From contig NC_057719.1 of the NCBI RefSeq assembly GCF_004010195.1, forward strand, positions 38,936,887 to 38,968,232: 31,346 nucleotides of DNA, in the 5' to 3' direction. The notes under the pieces are model-generated. The model made no database searches, had not been told where the DNA came from, and worked only from the letters and a program-made list of their open reading frames with translations. Shown one piece after another: positions 22,850 to 31,346 of the stretch (position 1 is the stretch's first letter; the number at the start of each line of letters is the position of its first letter). This stretch comes from Chiloscyllium plagiosum (Eukaryota). The position numbers and the translations under genes were made by a program.

Positions 22850-23700
22850 CTTCCTTTATTTAAGAAATCTTATATTCTCCGAGGTGAGACTTGATTCCAA
22901 AAAAAAACATTTTAAAGTTCCCTATTAGCAACATCTCTCTGAGGACATTAAAATATTGTTCAAGATTCATTGCTCCATTCTATTTATCAAAAAACATCCA
23001 CTTTTCTCAAGAAAATTCCATAAATGTCTGATTCTGTCTCTTCCTCAGAATTCTAAACTATTATATTTGTCTTTAACCTTCTGGGACAAATACATAAAAA
23101 AACCAGCCAAAACTACATTATTACCAAGAGATTGTTCTTCTGAAAGGTCAAATAAACCCCCAATATTTTCCTAACCAAAACACTTTGCAATTTCATATAC
23201 TAGGGATATATTCCATGCCAAGGCAAAACAAATAATTAAATCTAAACCATCATCAAGTCTACCTGTCCATTTCATTGAAACATTTCTCCATTCAATGCAA
23301 ACCTTGACTTGCTTTCTATTTTCAATTTAAGTGTTTTCCTTTCTTTTAGTCCCTGAAGTTCTGATTTTTGTATCTATCTTTATTTCTTTCTCCTCCTTTT
23401 CATTTTTTTTTCTTTGCCTCTCTCGTTCCCTCTTCCATTTTCTTTCCTTTGGAACTATATTCTTTGATGTTTTAATTGCATCTAGTCCTGGCGAAATTAA
23501 TATCTATTCTCTTCACATAACTCTTCTCTAATTCTAGTTTCAGATACTGAGATAATGCCTCAATAATTTATACTTTCTTAGTACTGACTGTTAAATGATT
23601 TCTTCTAACTTTTCTTCTCACACCTTCAAATTAACCTCAATCAACTGTTGCAAGGCACTTTGAGACCAGTCTTCCCTTTCATGGAATGAATAGACATTTC
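22850..23700 (-). pseudogene. Gmr1-like Gypsy gag remnant (SCAN-related capsid region)
   Basis: IIEALSQYLKLE, an E/R/K-rich coiled-coil tract, LSEEQS, and VPEG*RQ..FRILRKRQNQTFMEFS*EK..FDK*..LREMLL (cf. VPEAYRQKFR..K...TY.EF..K...FDRW). Confidence 0.65.
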
Positions 23701-24112
23701 CATATTAACTTTCCAGTGAATGCAGCAAAGGTCACTGTGAAATTATTCTTGTTTAAATTTTAGCAAATTCATGTGCACCTGCAGATTTGAAATCTTAAAA
23801 GACTCCCCCAATTTATTTTGGTCCTGCTAGAGACTAATAACTTTACAAAATATCTTTGATCTTCCATGTACAGTTGAAAGGATGTCAGAGGATTTTGTGT
23901 TTTAAACCTTTTACAATAGCAAGTCAAAGGCTGCATTAACTAAATGCCATTTTTGCTAGCAACTTATACTTTAAATTGCAGTACCGTGCTTTCCTCTTTT
24001 ACATTTAAAACAATGACAATCACAGTCCACTATTATATTTTACACTGCCCTGTAAACAGACATTCAATTCTTTGGAACCTGTCCAAAATTATTTGTGACT
24101 CACAAGAGTTTA

Positions 24113-24285
24113 CTTCCAAGGTCCCTGGTGCTAACTTCTAAGATATGGCAATGATCACAGATAACTTGTACATTTACCAAATAAAAGCCTTTACTATTGA
24201 TGAACTCTTCTGGATTATGACATAGTGCTGTCAGAGTGACACAAACAGTCTATAGTATCCTGTGTCTGAGGAAATCAGTTATGCT
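24113..24285 (-). pseudogene. PIF/Harbinger transposase core fragment
   Basis: FPQTQDTIDC and NPEEFINSKGFYLVNVQVICDHCHILEVSTRDLGS; homologous to ~27890-28060 (+). Confidence 0.8.
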
Positions 24286-24509
24286 TTCCTTCTTCACAGT
24301 AAGAGGTTGCCTTGAGATTCTATCTCGAGCTCAAATTTGGTGAATCTTCCGGCCTTATTTTTAATTTTAATGAAGTTCAAGTTTTCAATCCAAGAGTGCA
24401 CTCCTGCCAGCATACCTACATGATAAACTATACAAACTATCCTCTAACTGCTCTCTCTGTCTCTCTGGCAGATTGGTTTATCAATAATTGCAGGGAGGTA
24501 GGAAGAGGA

Positions 24510-24840
24510 AGCATATTTGTGATGTCAGTAGATGTGTAATCCTGAGGCCTGAGCTAAATCACTCAGGAGAAGGGGGTTCAAATCTCACCATTGTAACTGG
24601 TGGAATGTAATTCCAGTTAATGAGTATGGAATTGAAACTTTAAGTTAGTAATAGTGCCATGAAAATGCCATCAACTATCATAAAAACACATTTAGTTCCC
24701 TGATATCCTTTAGGGAAAGAAATTTATTTACATGGCCTAGCCTACATGTGACCCCACAGTTACCCTTGACTCTGACCTGCCCACTGAAATGGCCAAGCAA
24801 GACCCTTGGTTCAAAGGTAATTAGAGTTTGGCAACAAAGT
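24510..24840 (+). mobile_element. Near full-length tRNA-headed SINE-like repeat
   Basis: B box GGTTCAAATCTC (~24576-24587), shared core, and tail TTCAAAGGTAATTAG..GGCAACAAA. Confidence 0.7.
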
Positions 24841-24879
24841 GTCCGAGATGGTCCACGTGAATTTGAGGTAAGGGTGGAA

Positions 24880-25710
24880 GGTGTTCAGACTAAAGGGGTA
24901 GCAATGGGCCCCAGCTATGCCTACCTCTTTGTTGGGTATGTGGAACAGTCCATCCTCCGCAGTTACGTCAGCACCATTCCCCACCTTTTCCTCTGCTATA
25001 TCAATGACTGTATCAGTGCCATCTTGTGACCCAGGTGGAGGTTGAACCGTTTACCAACCTCTGGATACAACGCATCCTCCTCCTCCATTTCTACCACCTA
25101 CAGTCAGGCCCTAAAACCAGAGACACATTTCCCTCACCACCCCTTTCAGCATTCTGCAGACACCATTCCCTCTGCAACTCCTTCATTAGGTCCACGGTCC
25201 CCCCCGCCCCCACCCCCACCAACCCACCCTCCGCTTTAGGCACCTTCCCTTGCCACCGCAAGAGGTGTTAAACTGCTCCCACACCTTCTTTCTCAGCTCT
25301 ATCCAAGACCCCAAAGGAACCTTCCACATCTGACAGAGATTTCCCTGCACCTCCAAATATCTCATCTACTGTGGCTGTTGCTTTCAATGTGGTCTCCTCT
25401 ACACTGGGGAGACAGGACGCCAACTTGCAGAACATTTCAGAGAACATCTCTGGGACACATGCACTAAACAACCCCACAACCTTGTGGCTGAATACTTAAC
25501 TCCCCCTTCCACTCCACCAACAAGTCCTGGGCCTCCTCCACTGCCACATCATAGCCACCCAACGACAGGAGGAAGGAGACCTCATCTTCTGCCTTGGAAA
25601 CCTCCTGCCATACGGAATCAATGTAGATTTCACCAGTTTCATTATCCCCCCCCCGCAACCTTATCCCAGCCCAACCCTTCAATTGCTGTCTGACCAGCTG
25701 TGTTTTTACA
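24880..25710 (+). mobile_element. Penelope-like element remnant (RT plus GIY-YIG endonuclease), internally deleted
   Basis: QTKGVAMGPSYAYLFVGYVEQ..YIND and CTSKYLIYCGCCFQCGLLYTGETGRQLAEHFREHL. Confidence 0.88.
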
Positions 25711-25819
25711 GCACCACACTTTTAGACCCATCATTATTGCATCATACCATGTGACTAGAGAACATAAAGATCCCAGGCTCTACTTTACACCGGGTTGCTT
25801 AAATTATGATATGCTACAA

Positions 25820-26950
25820 ACAAAGAACAAAGAAAATTTACAGACCAGGAACAGGTCCTTCGGCCCTCCAAGATTGAGCCGATCCAAATGTACTGTCTAA
25901 ATCTGTCGGTCAATTCCTAAGCATCCCTCCACTCCCCATCTACTCATGCATTTATCCAGATGCATCTTAAATGAATCAACCGCGCCTGCCTCTACCATCT
26001 CTGCTGGCAGCGTGTTCCAAACGCCCACCACCCTCTGTGTGAAGTACTTGCCGTGTGTATCCCCCTTAAACTTTCCACCTCTCACCTTGAAAGCGTGACC
26101 TCTTGTTATTGAATTCTTCACCCTGGGAAAAAGCTTGTCTCTATTCCCCCCTGTCCACACCCTTCATGATTTTGTAAACCTCAATCAGGTCCCCCCCTCA
26201 ACCTCCTGTTTTCAAATGAAAATAAACCTAACCTACTCAACCTTTCTTCATAGCTAGCACCTTCCATATCAGGCAATATCCTTGAAAACCTTCTCTGCAC
26301 CTTCTCCAAAGCGTCCACATCCTTTTGGTAATGTGGCGACCAGAATTGTACACGGTATTCTAAATGCGGCCAAACCAATGTCTTGTACAATTTTAACATG
26401 ACTTGCCAGCTCTTATACTCAATACTCCTTCCAATGAAGGCAAGCATACTGTATGCCTTCTTAACCACTCTATCCACCTGTGCAGCAAGCTTCAGGGTAA
26501 AATGGACCTGCACTCCCAGATCTCTCTGCCCATCAATTTTTCCCAAGGCTCTTCGGTTCATTGTATAAGTTGCTCTAGAATTAGTCTTGCCTAAATGCAT
26601 CACCTCACATTTGTCTGGATTGAAAACCATCTGCCACTTTTCCGCCCAACTCTCCAGTCTATCTATATCCTCCTGTATTCTCTGACAGTCCCTTATACTT
26701 TCTGCTACTCCACCAATTTTCGTATCATCTGCAAACTTGCTGATCATACCAACAGTGCCCTCTTCCAGATCATTTATGTATATTACAAACAACAGTGGCC
26801 CCAACACTGACCCCTGTGGAACACCACTGGTCACCTTTCTCCATTTCGATAAACTCCCTTCAACTACTACTCTCTGTCTCTTGTTGCTCAACCAGTTCTT
26901 TATCCACCTGACTAGAACACCCTGCATGCCATATAACTTCACTTTCTCCA
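25820..26950 (-). mobile_element. CR1 LINE, 5'-truncated, relatively young
   Basis: ORF 26181-27011 keeps ~250 uninterrupted RT codons (SGVPQGSVLGPLLF, KFADDTKIG). C-terminus at 25897-26160 is in another frame; 3' tail near 25820. Confidence 0.95.
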
Positions 26951-27360
26951 AGAAGTATACAAGAAGTGTACTACTCTGTGTAGTAAAATAGGTTGATGTT
27001 AGCCCAGACATTTATGTGCCTGTGAATGTAATGTTTGTATACAATAGCTAGCTGTAATAAATGACAGTTGGATTCTTTAACACCACAACATCCATGTCCA
27101 GTTTCTAATTTAATAAGGAAAAAGAAAAACATTGAAATAGATAAAATATTCTGAGGCAAATCCATATCACCATTCATTTTCAAACCCTTCTCAAAGTATG
27201 CCATTATGAATCACATAGGACTTGTATCCACGTAGAAATTCTAATTAGCTTTCCTTTAGATCTCCAACTTAATTCTATCTTGAAATTAAATTGACAGTTA
27301 CAGTATGACTGTTTGCAAAACCCAACATTCTGATCACCCTCCTGGGATTTTGAAGACCAA

Positions 27361-28680
27361 GGGCTTAATTTCCCCTGCCCTTGAAAATCATGGGCAATGG
27401 AAAATTGGGAAAGATCAGAAAAATAAGATTCTTGATATTAAGAAATAAAAGGAAGATTTTCCAAACCATGTTTGAACAGCGAGATGAGAATCTCAATAGC
27501 AAGCAGCAATGGGCCTATTAACATGCATTTAACTTCCAAACATGAAGCAGTCAGGATGCAAAGGAGGAAGAGGAGTCCCAGAGTGTATCATCCTCAATGC
27601 CTTTTCCTGCAGATTTGCCTCCATAAATTGAACACGGTCTAAAACCTACACAGATCTACATCATCTGATGGAGAAGAAATGAGAACTGAAGGGATTGGTA
27701 TTGTATCCGAGTGGCACTGTTTTTACACAACTGGCTACTTCCAAGGGTTCACTGAAGACTTATATGTGATTTCTCTATCTTCAACTAATTAATGTATCAG
27801 GACTGTTACTGATGCAATTTGTGCCAGATCCTACCACTTTATCTCACTTCTTCTACTGCAAACCGGGCAGTAGTTTTTTTTAACGTAACTGGTTTACCCA
27901 GATACAGGATACTACAGATTGTATACTATAGTCTCTGACAGCACCATATCATAAGCCAGAAGAATTAATCAATGGTAAAGGCTTTCATTCAGCAAATTTA
28001 CAAGTCATCTGTGATCATTACCACATCTTAGTAATCAGCACCATGTATCTTGGAAGCTGCTGTAATGTCTATATCTTTGATAACTCTCAGGCTCCTGCTT
28101 CATTTCAAGGGTCAGATACATTATTAGGATGAGTGATAAGATACAAGATACCCTCTGCAACCATAGTTGATGACCCTGTTAAGCAACACCACTGACTGAG
28201 ACTGAACATAGCTGCAATGTAGTCCATTCTTCCACAAGGGTCAGTGTGGCCTGCTGAACATGACTTTCTGATGCTTGTTTGGTCTGTCAGGGCGGCCTTG
28301 ATGTAGACTTGATGCAGACGGAGTGTGCTGCATAGTCCCAGCATTCTGTGCCTGTATAACTGATGCAGAGCGGCTATGATGGATTCTGAAGAACTGGGAG
28401 AGCACCAGCATTATTCCAGGAAGGAAGATGATGAAGTTGAGCTGGAAGCAGATCATGTTTAGTGTGATAGAGCAGTGCAGTGTCAGCCACAGCATTCCTG
28501 ACAGGACTTAATTGACTTCCAGTTCTTATAGATATGAGTTGGGTGATGTCATCATTCATTGACTATAAATTGTTGCTGTTCAAAAAACAAACAGTTCTTG
28601 TTTATTCATTGGAATAAATGAAGTTCTTTTGTTAATTTATGCTTTGCTTTTCCTGTTATTCAATAAAAGTTAACATTATC
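27361..28680 (+). mobile_element. PIF/Harbinger transposon fossil with most of the transposase
   Basis: GGGCTTAATTT terminus-like start; RRKRSPRVYHPQ, FYTTGYFQG..VTDAICAR, INGKGFHSANLQVICDH and YLGSCCNVYIF; many stops and frameshifts. Confidence 0.8.
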
Positions 28681-28699
28681 AACTGTTTGAAGGCTTTCT

Positions 28700-29130
28700 A
28701 ATGCTTCCATTACCTCCACTGGCAGTGCATTCTGGGCACCATCCTCTGTGCGAAAAACATTTTCTGCACTTCTTCCCTGAAATTTCTCCCTCTCACCCTG
28801 AACTTGTGCCCTCTTGTAGTTGACCTTTTCACCTTGGGAAAAAGCTTCTGACTATCCACCCTTTCTATGCCTCTCATAAATTTGTAGACTTCTGTCAGGT
28901 TGCCCCTTAGCGTCCGTCTTTCCAGTGATAACAATCCATGTTAATGCAACTTCTCCTCATAACTAAAACCTTCTGTACCAGGCAACGTCCTGGTAAACCT
29001 TCTCTGCACCCTCTCCAAATCACTTATGTCCTTCTGGTAGTGTGGCGACCAGAACTGCACACAATATTCCAAACGCGGCCTAAGTAAAGTTTTGCACAGC
29101 TGTAACATAACATGCAACTTTTATACTATG
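28700..29130 (-). mobile_element. CR1 LINE C-terminal fragment
   Basis: SLERRTLRGNLTEVYKFMRG..TRGHKF; LEYCVQFWSPHYQKD. Confidence 0.9.
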
Positions 29131-29149
29131 TCAAATTTTAGAGAAGCAA

Positions 29150-29460
29150 TAACTTATGCTACATGGCAAAAGGGCGTTAATTGATTGGCAAGTGAGATCT
29201 GGTTGCTATGAACAATGTATCGAATGGTTATTGTTGTCCATTTTTGAATGTGTAGATGCAATTATTCATGTGCAGTATCTGGACATTTCTTTTTCTGCAG
29301 AGGCTACATCCCTGTGTATGGATATTTATAGTTTCTAGCAAAAATAAGTGAGTTGTGTTCCGATCTTACTTATGATCTTAAGGGGATTGTTTAATGTGAT
29401 TCTTAGCAGACTCTGAATTGTTCAGCAAGTTCTGGCCAATTGTGCAATCACACCTACTGT
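29150..29460 (-). mobile_element. Older PLE of a different family (GIY-YIG C-terminus and start of the terminus)
   Basis: CDCTIGQNLLNNSESAKN...HLFLLETINIHTQGCSLCRK resembles the PLE SAIxxHL..LEAxxI..PxL C-terminus. Confidence 0.6.
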
Positions 29461-29525
29461 TACACATTCTGGATTAGTGGTGCTGGAAGAGCACAGCAGT
29501 TCAGGCAGCATCCGAGGAGCAGTAA

Positions 29526-29561
29526 AATCGACGTTTCGGGCAAAAGCCCTTCATCAGGAAT
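29526..29561 (-). ncRNA. Minimal type I hammerhead ribozyme motif in the PLE terminus
   Basis: AUUC-CUGAUGA-A-GGGC-UUUU-GCCC-GAAAC-GUC-GAUU, in the same sense as the RT. Confidence 0.78.
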
Positions 29562-29612
29562 AAAGGCAGAGAGCCTGAAGTGTGGAGAGATAAGCTACAG
29601 GAGGGTGGGGGT

Positions 29613-30270
29613 NNNNNNNNNNNNNNNNNNNNNNNNNNNNNNNNNNNNNNNNNNNNNNNNNNNNNNNNNNNNNNNNNNNNNNNNNNNNNNNNNNNNNNNN
29701 NNNNNNNNNNNNNNNNNNNNNNNNNNNNNNNNNNNNNNNNNNNNNNNNNNNNNNNNNNNNNNNNNNNNNNNNNNNNNNNNNNNNNNNNNNNNNNNNNNNN
29801 NNNNNNNNNNNNNNNNNNNNNNNNNNNNNNNNNNNNNNNNNNNNNNNNNNNNNNNNNNNNNNNNNNNNNNNNNNNNNNNNNNNNNNNNNNNNNNNNNNNN
29901 NNNNNNNNNNNNNNNNNNNNNNNNNNNNNNNNNNNNNNNNNNNNNNNNNNNNNNNNNNNNNNNNNNNNNNNNNNNNNNNNNNNNNNNNNNNNNNNNNNNN
30001 NNNNNNNNNNNNNNNNNNNNNNNNNNNNNNNNNNNNNNNNNNNNNNNNNNNNNNNNNNNNNNNNNNNNNNNNNNNNNNNNNNNNNNNNNNNNNNNNNNNN
30101 NNNNNNNNNNNNNNNNNNNNNNNNNNNNNNNNNNNNNNNNNNNNNNNNNNNNNNNNNNNNNNNNNNNNNNNNNNNNNNNNNNNNNNNNNNNNNNNNNNNN
30201 NNNNNNNNNNNNNNNNNNNNNNNNNNNNNNNNNNNNNNNNNNNNNNNNNNNNNNNNNNNNNNNNNNNNNN
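29613..30270. other. Assembly gap (658 N)
   Basis: Run of N. Confidence 1.
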
Positions 30271-30567
30271 GGCGGAGGTGGAGGAATTGGGAATACGGGA
30301 TGGCATTTTTGCAAGAGGTAGGGTGGGAAGAGGTGTAATCCAGGTAGCTGTGGGAGTCGGTGGGTTTGTAAAAAATGTCAGTGTCAAGTCGGTTGTCATT
30401 AATGGAGATGGAGAGGTCCAGGAAGGGGAGGGAGGCGTCAGAGATGGTCCAGGTACATTTAAGGTCAGGGTGGAATGTGTTGGTGAAGTTGATGAATTGC
30501 TCAATCTCCTCGCGGGAGCACAAGGTGGTGCCAATGCAGTCATCAATGTAGTGGAGGAACAGGTGGG

Positions 30568-30879
30568 ACGGTGGTTAGCACTGCTGCCTCGCAGCGCCAG
30601 AGATCCGGGTTCAATTCCCGCCTCAGGCGACTGACTGTGTGGAGTTTGCACGTTCTCCCGTGTCTGCGTGGGTTTCCTACGGGTGCTCCGGTTTCCTCCC
30701 ACAGTCCAAAGATGTGCAGGTCAGGTGAATTGGCCATGCTAAATTGCCCGTAGTGTTGGGTAAGGGGTAAATGTAGGGGTATGGGTGGGTTACGCTTCGG
30801 CGGGTCGGTGTGGACTTGTTGGGCCGAAGGGCCTGTTTCCACACTGTAAAATAATCTAAAGTAATCTAAAGTAATCTAA
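30568..30879 (+). mobile_element. HE1-type V-SINE inserted in the PLE RT
   Basis: Typical HE1 body and a three-unit TAATCTAAA(G) tail; AGGTGGG duplicated at 30561-30567 and 30880-30886. Confidence 0.95.
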
Positions 30880-31346
30880 AGGTGGGGTGTGGTGCCGGTG
30901 TAACTATGGAAGATCGACTGTTCTACGTAGCCAACAAAGAGACAGGCATAGCTGGGGCCCATATGTGTGCCCATGGCTACCCCTTTGGTCTGCAGGAAGT
31001 GGGAGGATTTGAAGGAGAAATTGTTAAGGGTGAGGACCAGTTCGGCCAAACGAATGAGAGTGTCGGTGTTGGGAACGTCGGGAGAGGAAAAAACGGACGG
31101 CTTGGAGGCCCTGGTCATGGCGGATGGAGGTGTAGAGGGATTGGATATCCATGGTGAAGATGAAGTGTTGGGGGCCGGGGAAACGGAAGTCTTGGAGGAG
31201 GTGGAGGGCGTGGGTGGTGTCTCGAACGTATGTGGGGAGTTCCTGGACTAGGGGGGATAGGACAGTGTCGAGGTAGGTAGAAATGAGTTCAGTGGGGCAG
31301 GAGCCTGCTGAGACAATGGGTCGGCCAGGGTGGACAGGCTTGTGGA

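Larger units (their letters stand above)
29466..31346 (-). mobile_element. Young Penelope-like element (RT, 3' terminus), interrupted by a SINE and a gap and continuing past the window
   Basis: HKPVHPGRPIVS, TMDIQSLYTSI, QTKGVAMG, [SINE] FLHYIDDC, LPFLDLSI, YKPTDSHSYLDYTSSHP; HHR-bearing terminus downstream on the same strand. Confidence 0.93.

Noticed and set aside
26181..27011. 276-aa RT ORF as a functional gene
   Set aside because: It is a 5'-truncated CR1 ORF2 with no endonuclease, a frameshifted C-terminus and an N-terminus read from flanking DNA.
29440..30702. Long ORFs of 239-382 aa
   Set aside because: They are inflated by the N gap; only the PLE RT part is meaningful.
1..31346. CRISPR array, operon or other prokaryotic/viral system
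   Set aside because: No regularly spaced repeat-spacer array or gene-dense coding; the sequence is vertebrate repeat DNA.

Overview
Non-coding, repeat-dense vertebrate DNA, almost certainly from a shark: it carries four HE1-type V-SINEs and many CR1/HER1-like LINE fragments. I found no recognisable host gene, and every protein-like ORF in the track is transposon debris or low-complexity sequence. Contents: CR1 LINE fragments on both strands, a Tx1-type L1 3' half, Penelope-like elements (PLEs; RT and GIY-YIG remnants), decayed Gypsy pol and Gmr1-like gag, a solo LTR, several PIF/Harbinger fossils, tRNA-headed SINE-like repeats, microsatellites and a 658-N gap. The strongest structural signal is a set of five short (140-220 bp) fold-back elements built from PLE termini, each flanked by a ~12-14 bp target-site duplication (TSD); in the well-preserved copies the fold-back turns at a minimal hammerhead-ribozyme (HHR) motif. 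Also notable: a PLE/HHR fragment inserted together with a perfect 73-bp inverted copy of nearby DNA; a LINE whose endonuclease follows directly on a SINE-like head; and a near-perfect 320-bp non-tandem local duplication. All family assignments come from motif recognition by eye, not database searches, and boundaries of old elements are approximate.
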